Of a DNA stretch of 64,000 nt, positions 1-11,290 are shown in pieces (within the stretch, counting starts at the first letter, position 1; the number at the start of each line of letters is the position of its first letter). Below the pieces are notes generated by a model. That model was not told the DNA's origin and made no database searches. It saw only the letters and a program-made list of their open reading frames with translations. The stretch is from positions 105,834,001 through 105,898,000 of the forward strand of contig OZ296649.1 in assembly GCA_965655095.1 (NCBI GenBank), given 5' to 3'. The stretch is from Haplodiscus bocki. Its lineage: Eukaryota. The translations under genes were made by a program, and so were the position numbers.

Positions 1-499
1 CGAAAACTGTATCAAAGTTAAAGTTTCTCGAAGAACGCAAAAGGTTGAGATTTACCTTGCCAATGAAGCATCCGGTCTTGCATTATTTAGAACGGATCTG
101 GGACATATATTCGGAAAAAGTGTTGGTAATGAATTTGGAGTAATGTTGAGAGGAAAAAGACCTTACAAACCAAGTTTTGCTTACGACATTGTCCGCATAC
201 ACTCTTTCACGATATACACCGACCTGATTGAGTACAATATCGTTGGCGACACAAAGGCTCCAGTGTTGCGTTGCTTTCTTTTTATTTCGAAGCTCAACTC
301 TGGAGACAATATAACTACTGGACAGTACAATAATTATCAGACTTTTAGCAACCTGCATTTCAGACCGCTGCTCAAAAATTCTTTTTACAGTATTCACATT
401 AATTTGAGAGACACGAGCGGTGAAAAAATACCCTTTGTATCTGTCGGTATCACTCGTCTTGTTTTGATGTTCAGAAAAGCCTCCAACATTCATTTCTAA
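1..499 (+). pseudogene. Polinton minor capsid (penton) protein, C-terminal part
   Basis: IYTDLIEYNIVGDTKAPVLR...FRPLLKNSFYSIHINLRDTSGEKIPF...LVLMFRK is the typical Polinton penton C-terminus; upstream part frameshifted. Confidence 0.8.
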
Positions 500-517
500 T
501 CTAAAAGACGTTACAGG

Positions 518-904
518 ATGGTTGCTTCAAGAGAAAGAGAGATTTCATACTATAGAGGTGTTGGTCGACAACGTGGATGGGGATTTGGCGCACTTGCACA
601 GGTTATTGGGAGAACTGCAATTGCAATTTTGCGTAAGTATATCGTACCAGCTGCAGGACGCGTAGGTGCTGACTTGTTGGAATTTGCTGTGCCAGAAATT
701 GCAGAGGTTGTTAGTGGTAGAAAGAATTTCAAGACAGCTGCAAAGAGTGTGAGAAGACAGACTTTGAGAAAACAATTAGGTGAAGGGAGCCGCAAGAGGA
801 CGGAAAGTAGCAAGAAACGGAGATTGAGCAGAGTCATTCCAACAAAATCTGCAAAACAAATCATTCGGTCGCGGAGAGACATTTTTACAAACATTTCTTT
901 AATC
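518..904 (+). CDS. Polinton basic core/packaging protein with protease-site motif
   Basis: YYRGVGRQRGWGFG motif, amphipathic middle, Arg/Lys-rich tail; sits between penton and MCP; currently read in frame with the MCP. Confidence 0.65.
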
Positions 905-2244
905 ATGTCGAGTGAATTTCGGTACCAATCGTTTGTGGCAGTTTCTGGAAATCTTCGAGAGAAAGTCCCAGTAGTTGACGATGTCTTGTCGTCCCACGAA
1001 CAAGAAATCTATCCTACTACTTCACTCGAAGAAAACTGCATAGAGTTTGAATTTCAAGCGGATTGGAACTATTACGTTAATTTGAGACAGACCTACTTGT
1101 CTTTGAAACTGAAACTTGTCACGGGTCGTGCTTACGAAACTTACAATACCAAAGAAGTAAAAAAGGAACACAAAGAAGAGGCAAAAGCAGAAGAGGAAAA
1201 GACGGCAGAGGAAGACGCTCCAGTTCCTCTCATTACTCATGTAAACAACATATTGCACTCAATTTTTTCCAATATTGAAGTGTACATCAAAAATCAACAA
1301 ATTTACAACTCCAAGGGTTTGTATGCGCACAAATTTTATATTTCCAACAACTTCAAGGGAGCCACTTCTGGATACAAGGGAGTTTTGCACTGCGAGGGGT
1401 ACGACTATGAAGAGTTTCCTGATGAAACTATGGAAGCGCCTTTGTCTGAACCTTTTTTCACAAGGAGAATGAAAATGCTTAGCAGACCCGATGGCTTCAT
1501 GTTGTACGCTAATTTGGGGGTTGTGTTTTTCTCCACTTCTGAATTGTTATATCCAAATATGAAAACTAGGCTGCAACTAATCAGAGCCAGACCAAGTTTC
1601 TGCATGATTAGCGACAACCCCAACGTCAGTCTTGGAATTGTTGATTGTTCACTTTATACTCGTCGTATTGCTCTCAAGGATGATTATCACAAGAAACGAA
1701 TGGAAATGCTTGCTTACACTCCTGTGGAGTTCAACTATTGGGAATCTCTTGCACAAAGACTTTTATCATTCCTGCGAGACAAAACCAGTCCAGTCAAGAA
1801 AACGTTTTCAACAAAGCTCCAGTTCGTCGGATTGCTATTGCAATGAATACAAAGTCTGCATTCACTGGATAATATACTGAAAATCCATTCTGGTATCAAC
1901 AATTTGACCTCAGACAAATTAGAATACTCAGAAGACGTCAACCAATTGTAGACTTTGATGCTACTGATAATTGTCGCATTCATGTTACTACAATGAAAGC
2001 ATTAAACTTTCAAGATGATTTCCTCTCAACTCCTATTGATAATTTCAAAGACCAATATGTACTAGTGTTTGACATGACTTCGATGCAAAATGCTACTGAA
2101 AATTGTCATTACCCAGAACTAATTGGAGAACCATTGAGGCTGGAGCTAAACTTTACTTTTCCTCCAGAATATGTTACTGAACTCATTGTATTGGGAGAAC
2201 GAATGTCATCGGTTGCAGTTGACAATTTTGGTGTTGTTAGATAA
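905..2244 (+). pseudogene. Polinton major capsid protein (double jelly-roll), frameshifted
   Basis: ATG at 905; IYPTTSL...IEFEF, NNILHSIFSNIEVYI, then after a frameshift near 1755 RRIAIAMN...ENPFWYQQF and YVLVFDMTS...LRLELNF; internal stop near 1870. Confidence 0.85.
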
Positions 2245-2254
2245 AACATCTAAA

Positions 2255-2646
2255 ACGGATAATGTTTTTCTCCAACAAATAATCAACCGTATCCCACTAC
2301 TCAAGTATCGGTACCGTGGTTCTTTTCCCTGTGACTATGTTCCAACTCTTGACAATGACACTTTTGCCATTATAAACATGCAACCCAGTAAAATGCAGGG
2401 TGAACATTGGATAATGACTGCAAAACTCTCGTCAAAAATTGTATTTGGCAGACTCCCTTGGTTGTAAAAAGTACAGTTTCCTCAAGCATCAATATGAACA
2501 GATGATTCATGATCCACTGCAGTCCCATCCCAGTTTGCGGTTTCTCCACGACATATGCAGCTTTTCATCTCTTGAAATTCCGACAAGACGAAATCACATC
2601 AGTTCACGATGTTAATGTACTTTCATTCAAAAGTAATTACATGTAA
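2255..2646 (+). pseudogene. Polinton adenain-like cysteine protease
   Basis: GSFPCD...IINMQPSKMQGEHW, then after frameshifts ADSLG and LQSHP..CGF; start codon degraded to ACG. Confidence 0.8.
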
Positions 2647-2809
2647 TTCTCCAATTTATCTGTTGTAAATGTGCAGGTTATACAATGTGATTGCTACTAT
2701 TTATACACTCCAATTAACCTTTTAAAACATTATTACAATCTTTTTACATAGCATTGAGTCACATCAGTATAAGGGAGCCGTAGGCGAAAGGGAGCGCGTG
2801 AAAAAATCC

Positions 2810-3255
2810 TCTGCACGCGTAATAAATCATCCGCACGCGTAATATTTTATCCGCACGCGTAATAAAATGTGCGGGCCCACAAAAACTCTATCCAAATAAG
2901 GAACGATTAGACCCGTTGTGAGCCCAACATTGGCAAAGGACCTCCCCCCGTTGTGAGCACCCCCATCCCCATACTACTCAGTGCCATTCCATATCTTAAT
3001 ACGCTGTCCCGAACTACACCCTATCTTAATACATTGAACGGAACTATGCCCTATCTTAATACATTGACCCGAACTATGCCCTATCATAATATATTGACCC
3101 GAGATATACCCTATCTTAATACATTGAGCCGAACCCTATCATAATACACTGAGCCGAAACCTATCTTAATACATTACATTCGGCAGCCAATCAACTTCGA
3201 GTATTACGTAACACGAGTCGTCAGCCAATCAGAATCGAGTATTAGGTCACCCGAG
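2810..3255 (+). repeat. Tandem repeats within the element A terminal region: 3x20 bp, about 7x25-30 bp, 2x about 38 bp with CCAAT
   Basis: (tccgcacgcgtaata..)x3 at about 2810-2870; (ccctatcttaatacattgacccgaactatg)-like x7 at about 2989-3176; cagccaatca...cgagtatta x2 at about 3184-3255. Confidence 0.9.
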
Positions 3256-4979
3256 AGCTCTCGGCTAAACTGGAAGACCCCTCTTGGCTCTCGGCTCCTC
3301 TCGGCTCGCTATAGCCTGTCTTAATACATAGGGTCTTCCACCAGCTGCACCTGAACTGCTCACTACTCTGCTACTGCTATGGGTAAAAACAGAAGATCCA
3401 ACGACATTCCGTCTATGAATTTCTTTACTAAGTCTTTTTTTTACTCACTACACCTAAGCCTTCAGTTTGATTTACGAGTTGAAGGAACTGTGCCAGTCGT
3501 TTCAATTAGTTATGTAAAAACTTGTAAAACACATCCGACGACAAGAAAATTTTTAATAAACGTCTAGACTAATCACGACAAATAAATCCATAGGAGTGAG
3601 CCATTAAACTTGAATGCACACAGTGTACTTTTATCATTCGATCTATCAGTTTTTCCATTATACAGTCGAGAGTTTTTTGTTGATCTCAGTGAAACTTCTG
3701 AGGATTGAGCCACCCTTGTACATCGGTTGAGGATGAATAATTCGAGGATACTCTCCTTGATATTTCCTACACTAAACGGTGGATCAAACGAGTAACCACG
3801 AAGAAGGATGCCAACACTGGATCAAACATATTAATCGAACGTTTCAAAGAAGGAACGTATGAAAAATTTTATATCGATCGACGTGATTTTTTTACGAAAG
3901 TAGAACTCCAGGAACTTCGAAACAGCGCCGACAACGTCAACATAGGAATCAGCGACGGCCGAAAGAAACTCAACACCATAAAACAAGCAGAAAGTTAGTT
4001 CACCATTGAACTATCATTATAGTCAAACAAACTTTCATGTGAATGAAAAGGTTTTAAGTTTCATTCTATTGTTCAAGTCTTTTCTCAACAAAAATATTTT
4101 TCTAAAGTTAAGATACAGTTTCCTCACTGCAAACGAATTAACTTTTTTTCGTATTATTTTAGTGCCAGAAAGGTTGAAGCAATGTAAGAACCTACTCTTG
4201 ATCTTTCCATGAGTTTTGGCACGAATCGCAAATATTTTAATCACAATCGACAACCACAACCAAATGAAAAAGTTGCACGCGCATTGATTTTTGTCTTTGG
4301 AAAACAGTCATTGAAAAACGATGACAACTTCAGCGTTAGAAAAACGCAAAATAATATGCTACCATCAGTTAGTTCAAATAAAAACTCCATGGGAAGAAGA
4401 TATTATTTAGTGTGTTTTTACTGTACATACTTTTGTCTATGGCATTACTCAAGCAACGTGAAGCTCAACGGTCAAACATAGTCGAGGCTTGGAAACGCGC
4501 GGAATTACAATCGCAAGATGGGGAAAAACTAACTTCTCAAGCTGAGAAAAAAATAGACCCAAATCACCAAGAGTGCGATCTAGACTTGTAATTGCCGTCA
4601 AAATAACTGAACTTTTAACAAGTTTATTGACTTGCTTATGGAATGTCCTAGAAGGCCCCAACGCCGCAAATCTATCTGAAGTCATAGACATTTTCACTGA
4701 CGGTTATGGTATAATCAAGCGTTATGATATTTTTTTTGTCTGATAAAGGCAAAATTTCGGCAAAGTACACGGAAGAAACAAATGTTTTACTGCAGAAAAA
4801 AATTTCTACAACAGAATAGAAACATTGTTCATAAAACAAGAAGAATCAACTCCGATTTGCAGAAAAAAAACAAATAGGAATGCATTTTTGTGTTCCCCTC
4901 TTTTTAAATGAATTCAATTATAAGAAAAGGTTGACCAGATTTCAAATGAATTGGTTCACTAACCAAAGCAACTGATTTT

Positions 4980-5375
4980 TAAGAACTGTCGACATCACAG
5001 GATAATACGCACGAAAAACATGAGCAATGAAAAAACAAAAGAGTCCACATGATTTTGAAGTAGGTTTTTAAAGCTGATGATTCATAAATTTTAGTGTGCC
5101 ATAGTTGACATAACCTAAACCGGAACACACTTTCATTTAAGTTTAAAGCTAAAACCCCGAAAGATCGCCCAAACGAAAAATCTCCGTCTCTGTTGCAGAA
5201 CAGTAGCCAATGTGTCCCCTCTTCGTTTGAACTGTCTGAACTAACAATCATTAAACTTTTCACACCAAGTGAAATCAGAAAACTGTCCACGGCAAGGACA
5301 CCAATGAACTAGAACTTCGAATGCTTACATTCATCGATAAGTCGCCACAATTCCAATTCACCCTAGATTTTTCGA
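4980..5375 (-). pseudogene. Adenain-like cysteine protease remnant (element B)
   Basis: FIGVLAVDSF...IVSSDSSNEEGTHWLLF matches the GxHW catalytic motif; homologous to the element A protease. Confidence 0.7.
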
Positions 5376-5424
5376 CTCAATATCACTGCAAAACAGTTTT
5401 TCTTCGAAACCTTCCGAGATGAGT

Positions 5425-6690
5425 CATTGTTTTCTGTTGACGTCTTTTCACCTAGAAACAACAACTTTTCACTGTCCGTCAGCTGAGAAACGGCCACCAA
5501 TGGAAATATACCTGTTGGTGAGTTCAGGACAAAAGTAGTTATGACGGGCTTGCGGGTACTTGTCCAATCGAAATATAAAACGTACTGATTGGGGAAGTCG
5601 TCAAATCAAACCCCGTTTCCGTGCTGTTCAAAGGCTAAAGCTTCGATTGAATTAAGTCAAAGCTTTATGTCATCATCTGTCTGTGGAGAAATTCCATCAA
5701 TTCGGTTACCAACTGAGCATACTGTGATGCTCGGTAGGCCCAACTTCCGGAGGTTGTACGGGTTTTGTTGCTTGATATCGAAGATTTACTGGTAGTCGTT
5801 CCAACAGCAAACACTCAAAAAAGTTCACGGTTGAAAATGTCTTCGTGGTCCCAACTTTTAATTCCGAAAGACATAACGAAGGTTTTTGATAAGATTCCGG
5901 TATTTCGACAAAAAACCGGAGTTTTGGTGAGTGTTTTCTCAATAGCAGAGTTTACGTCTTCACTGACAGTGATTTTGCCCACAAGCAAATTCACTCGGGT
6001 AATTCAAACCTTGTACTCTTTAGCTTCATCATCATCAAAAAACAGGCAGTAATCGGGAGGATTCCTGAGAAAAATTATGCGAAAAATGACACCACTGATG
6101 AGATTTCTTACACATGAAAGAATTCTGACGTAAATTTTCCGAGGAACGCAGCAAGTTTCTTTTCTTTTGTTTCCGCAGTTCGATTCGTATAAACAGTAGT
6201 AGTAAAATCGCTAGGTTCAATTTCATGAGGAAGAAACTGGCAACTCAACAATGTCTCTTTAGCCTGTTCTGTGTGCGGAACCTCGGTGTCAAAGAAAACT
6301 TCCTGAGCATAATTAAAAATGGCTGAAGAAATTTTGATAGCATTTCCAGTAACAATACACTCGGAGAAAAAAAAATGGGGAGTATTGCTACCAAAACATG
6401 GTAAATCAGTACTCGCAGCATTTGCTGCATTCTAATCAGTTTATTCAGCACTGGATTTCAGGTTTTAATTTTGAGCATCAAGGTAACTGTGTGGCAAATC
6501 AGTGGAATTGGTGCAATCTCCAACTACCTGAAACTCCAAAGTGCCAAAGTGGGACCATTTGGCTCGTAGACAGGACCAAATTTGGTTCGAAAGAAGTGTC
6601 AAACGCAATAACTAGCAAGGGACGATCAAAATTGACCAGCAAGCGTTGTGAACCTGCATTGGTTAAGATATTGGGCAAAGTTTTTGACTG
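5425..6690 (-). pseudogene. Major capsid protein remnant (element B)
   Basis: ALAFEQHGNGV*FDDFPNQYVLYFDWTST..HNYFCPELT aligns with element A KALNFQDDF...DQYVLVFDMTS..NCHYPELI. Confidence 0.7.
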
Positions 6691-7010
6691 TGGCGGAAAA
6701 AATTGACCGACTAATCTGTAACTTTGATATTCATCGCCTACTTCTCTTTCGTGATCTTCTAATCTTTCGATAGACATCAAAACCGAGTTGACTTTCAACA
6801 GATTTCTTGAAAGCCAAATTCAAAGCTCGTTTGAAGGATTTTTCGAGGCAAAATCTGAAAGTTCAGGTAAACTCTGAATGGAACATTCTTCATCGATAGA
6901 TATAACCGCTGGTGGAATGACTTTCCTTGCGAAAACCAGAGCAACGGGGCCAACTCCTGCTGCTAACGAGCCGAATCCACTGCGTCTGACCGGTTTGCCC
7001 GAACAAATGT
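6690..7010 (-). pseudogene. Basic core protein remnant (element B)
   Basis: RRSGFGSLAAGVGPVALVFARKVIPPA...SLPEL and KIRRSRKRSRR parallel the element A core protein. Confidence 0.65.
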
Positions 7011-7054
7011 GGCAGCACCCCTTGACGCGAGTAAAAGTTTTGCTTTCCAGAAAT

Positions 7055-7883
7055 TTGTAGGTTTAAAAGTCAGTAGCACTCTGCCTGTGCCACTGAAAGG
7101 AACCTAATGACCGGTAACATTTACTAACTCAACGAAAACTTCACAAATAGTCTCGCGCACTATTTCTAAACACTAGTTCTCTAGAGAATTTTTGGGTTGT
7201 TGTAGTAATTTTTTGTTTCCTGCCTGAAAACTTTCTTTTTGAGTCAATGACTAGAAAAATTGGTGCTTCAACTCCAACTTCATGCTAATGTTTGATAATT
7301 TCAGAATCAACAAAAAGGAGATATCTGTTTCAGCGGCCATATCGATTGGGTAATCACCAAGGACAAGTTGAGGCTGTTTCACTATTTTTTCGATGCATCC
7401 AATTGAAAAGCCGCCCTGTTTCGCTCTCCCTTGAACTTTAAGACAAAAAACAGGTAGCGGTAAAGAATGCTCTTTCCAAAACGTTCTCAAAACTTGATGT
7501 CTACAAAAACCTTTTTCAACAATTAATGTCAGAAGAAGCCTCTTCTTTTTTTGTTGAGGAATGTATTTGACCCAATACTTTCATAACGGTTCTGTATTCC
7601 CCATATTTGAAGACACCATTATTCGACCAGACTTCGCGTTGTATTGCAGAAACTGAAGTCACATTCAATGCGCTATCGTAGCAGGTTTTTGGTGTTTATA
7701 GAAAGATATATTCGTTGTAGCATTTTTATTTCTTGAACGGAAAATGATCTCAGCAAAAGCTACCCGCCAATCATCTTCCAGTGTCAAGCGTTCCGCCAGG
7801 AGATTCCGGAAGAACATCATTTTTGATTCTTTGACAAAATCCATTGAAGTTGTTGACTCTAGGTAAACAACAAACTCGTCCAT
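7055..7883 (-). pseudogene. Minor capsid (penton) remnant (element B)
   Basis: MDEFVVYLESTTSMDF...FRNLLAERLTLEDDWRVAFAEIIF N-terminus; VPFSGTGRVLLTF C-terminus. Confidence 0.75.
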
Positions 7884-7884
7884 T

Positions 7885-8370
7885 TTATCTAAAATTGACC
7901 AACTCCGGCTCATAAAACTGCCTTTACTAGTTTAGTGTCAAGCCGAGAGTAAATGAATAGGTTGAAGGTTACAATCCATGAATTATTGCAACCTTTTTCG
8001 AAAAGGAGACCTTCTCTAGAATTTTGGACTGTTTTGACAATTTTAAATTTGGGTTTCCTGACCAGTTTATGAAACTATCTTAGAGACGTGTTTTTTGGAA
8101 ACTTTGTTGGGTGCTGCCCTGGTCAATCTGTTCACCCTCGAGTTGATTGTCCGTACAAAGGACTGCATTTTGTCAATCTGATGATTTGACCACTTTTTTG
8201 CCAGTTACTTTTCTATAAAACGATCTTAGGAGAGCGAATAATCCTCTCTGCAAACACTGACTTGGCCTCACATCTACTTGAGGCGGATGGTTTCTCTGGA
8301 AAAAAGTCAGAAAATTAGGTTTATCAATAAAATTTGTGTCATCAAGAACTTCTGACGCTTTGGGTTGTTC
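7885..8370 (-). pseudogene. Retroviral-like (rve) integrase remnant, C-terminal half (element B)
   Basis: AKSVFAERIIRSPK...KWSNHQIDKMQSFVRTINSRVNRLTRAAPNKV...FYEPELV. Confidence 0.72.
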
Positions 8371-9299
8371 CTTGACAAAATTCTTTTTCAGAATAGGAAA
8401 AAAATCTTAAGAAGTGCTTGTGTTAAATAGGGATGGGTAGATTGAGTCATTTGTCGGATTGGATTGATTCTTTTGATTGTGCTAACTGTTTCACCCTGTT
8501 TTGCAGTGGAAGCATATGAATCACATAACATTTTCAGTTTACTCTCAAAGGCGACAAGAGATGAACATGACACGGCACAATCCGGTTGCATTTAATAGGC
8601 GCGCATTCGCGCAGAAGTTTCAGGTTAGTGCGACGACACTCGCAGAGAAGGTGAAGACCGAACATCTGGGGTTTGTTTTTTGAACTGTCTGAGGGAAAGA
8701 ACAACATTTCTTACAAAGAGAAGCCGATTTTTGTTTGCTTAATGTTAATCCTGTCTTGTATATGTTTTTCATGAGGATTAAAGAAGAGCATTTGAATTCG
8801 CATTGAGTGCGTTTTTTCCCCTGCAAATTTACAATACCAAATTTGAGGATATTCTTCAAATAACGATAGAGATTTTGACGATTTGGGAACGATTTTTCGC
8901 ACAAGTTTCGATTATTAAATTTTGACGGCAAACTGGTGGTCAGAAAAAGAAATGAGGTTGAAAGAACGGCAGTGAAGCGCAAAGTTGCTTACAAGCTGTC
9001 ATAGTGAAGGAAGCGAACAATTAATTTCAAAACTTTTTTGTTCTTGTACATATAACACGTGCTGTCTATGTTGTCTATGTTTATCTCCTCAAAGTTCAAA
9101 AGAAAACGATTAGGCAGCTTTGTTGGTGCCACTTGAAAGGCGAGAGTCTATACATACTGCTTTTTCTAGGCCGTTTTCCCAACAACAAATGTTAGTCATT
9201 GTGATGAATGTTGACTTTTTAAGACAGAAGCAAGAGAATGACAACGCACGTCCGCTTTGTCGAGACAAAACAATCAAAACCGAAAAGACGAATTTGGCT

Positions 9300-9920
9300 A
9301 AGAGCCAGGCAGAAAGACTTTTGTGATGGTCAAGAATTACTCACCAAAAGTTAGTCACAGATAAATTTCATTAATTTCCTTGAACGAACACGCGTTCCCA
9401 CGCAAAATAAAACAAATTGATCCAAGAAAAAAGCATATCAACATCACCCAAGAAATAGAAAAATCTATTTACGGAGAAAATGAATTCAGTTTTCTTAAAC
9501 TGTCGTCCTAATTGTTCAATTTGGTGATCTCCGCGTTGTGACTTGAATGAAACAATGGTTGTTGTTTTCAGAGCTATAGTGCGTGATCTTTTGCTGTGAT
9601 GGAACAATTTGTGTTCAACAAAGATGCAAACTGTTTTCTTATGTTGACCAGCAACCTTATAAATTTTCTCGAAAGAATTGTCATCAAAAAAATTGGCGAG
9701 TTTCTTGATCATATCAAAGTCAGGACATGGCACAAAATCGATATCCAACTTTTTAAACATCTCATCAAATAGGGGTTAATACACCTTATAATAACAGGTG
9801 TTATCAAATATAAGATAAAACATCGTCTCCGAGGAGAGCATTGGGAAACATTACTTCGTCTTACCATATGGACCATGTCGAACAAGAAACACGAAGAAGC
9901 GATCGATTGTGAAAATTAAT
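9300..9920 (-). pseudogene. A32/FtsK-like packaging ATPase remnant (element B)
   Basis: Degenerate Walker A (HGPYGKT); AGQH...HKLFHHSKRSRTIALKTTTIVSFKSQRGDHQIEQLGRQ matches the Polinton ATPase C-terminus. Confidence 0.72.
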
Positions 9921-10849
9921 TTGTTCAAAGGTGTGAATTAGGAAGTGTGTAACCAGTTGCAACGGATCAAAATGACACCCAAAAAATAAAATTCCAAGGG
10001 ACATCAAAAACACAAGTTTTTCCGAATCAGTGAGGACCTTAACTTTCAACACGATCAAAGTTGAAAGAAGTATACCACTTCAGATCGCGGTAATGTTTGC
10101 AGAGTTACAAAACTTCCATGACGACTCTTCGCTTTCAATTTTGTCGATAACTAAAAGGTCAATACTTGCGCCGTCTACAACAGCAATGTTTGGCTTTCGA
10201 AAATATCATCAAAATCAACTGTTCGCTCATCCGTTCTTTAAGAAAATGCAAAAACAAAGCACTTAGTTCAACACAAAAAATTTTCACACACTTTGCACAT
10301 GGAAAATAGAAACCCCGAAATCATCACTATATTTCAAAGTTATTCTATACTGCGATTACGTAGATAGAAAATAGGCAACTTCAACAACATCGTCACGAAC
10401 CTTGAGTTCCTCAGCTATCTACTTGGGAATACGTGGATCTTCCTTGTTCGGGAAGATTAAGGCTTCGCTTTTTACATAAGAAATCAACAGTTTCATTTTT
10501 TTCCATCAAAAATTTTGGTTCAAGCGTTGGTTTGACCTTCTGATTTTTCAAACAAATGAGAAAAAAGTCCATCGAAATGGAACTTGTTTGCAAAGAGTAG
10601 TTCTCGGCATTTGATAAATTAATCAAAGTTTTCCAGAGCAAACTATGTTCGCCCACTATTATACAATCTTGTTTCACTGAATCAGTATTAAATATGTCAC
10701 GGTCACTCTTCTGCTCCCCGAAGCTCTTCGTTGAAATTGTTGTGATTAACTTCGGGGACAAGGTGAGATGGAAATTGGCTGTCTTTCAAAGCCGCACTCA
10801 TGATAGAACTGTTGAGAGTGACAAAGCGAATTAAACAACAGATTCGATA

Positions 10850-11290
10850 TTCCCCAGCACAGTGGTCTCGGAAACAAGGACGTTGTTGATACTAAAAAAA
10901 CAAAAATGGGGTTTTGCGGGAAATTTGGACCCTTTAGGACAGATATATTGGTTTGAATTAATAACGTGAGTGAAACAGTTTTCTAGATTGTTACACTTAT
11001 CCAATCTTTCGGAGAGCAAAACTATATTTGGGAACCATAACTTGATACTGGTTGGATAACAAAACAAAAAAATATAGTCGGAAAGACCCGAGTCTCGAAC
11101 CAAACGGTGCAGGTTCTTTGCGACCCATGCGTGACTTCTCTGCGCTCTAGTTGTAACTAAATGGAGAGGATAGGGTGATTTAAATGGAAAGTTATCTTGA
11201 AGTTCCGCTCCACGAACAGATATTTCTTCAACAATAAAAGCCTGATTACCAAAAAAAATCCATCGGACTCGATAACTACCGATTGGTGAG
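10850..11290 (-). pseudogene. Probable DnaQ/DEDD-like exonuclease remnant (element B)
   Basis: FIVEEISV...FKSPY...WVAKNLHRLVRDSG...CPK resembles the small DEDD nuclease carried by many Polintons; first acidic motif eroded. Confidence 0.5.

Larger units (their letters stand above)
1..3375 (+). mobile_element. Polinton/Maverick element A, right-hand part (penton-core-MCP-protease-TIR); continues left of the window
   Basis: Canonical structural gene order, followed by a repeat-rich noncoding terminus ending in degenerate (ACT)n 'cactactctgctact', matching typical Polinton ...ACTACT ends. Confidence 0.88.

Noticed and set aside
518-1846. 442-aa ORF as a genuine core-capsid fusion protein
   Set aside because: The MCP has its own ATG at 905, the ORF ends out of frame after a frameshift near 1755, and the element is decayed; loss of the core-gene stop is the simpler explanation
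2989-3176. CRISPR-like array or the 63-aa repeat ORF
   Set aside because: Units are contiguous with no unique spacers, there are no cas genes, and the context is eukaryotic; it is a TIR minisatellite
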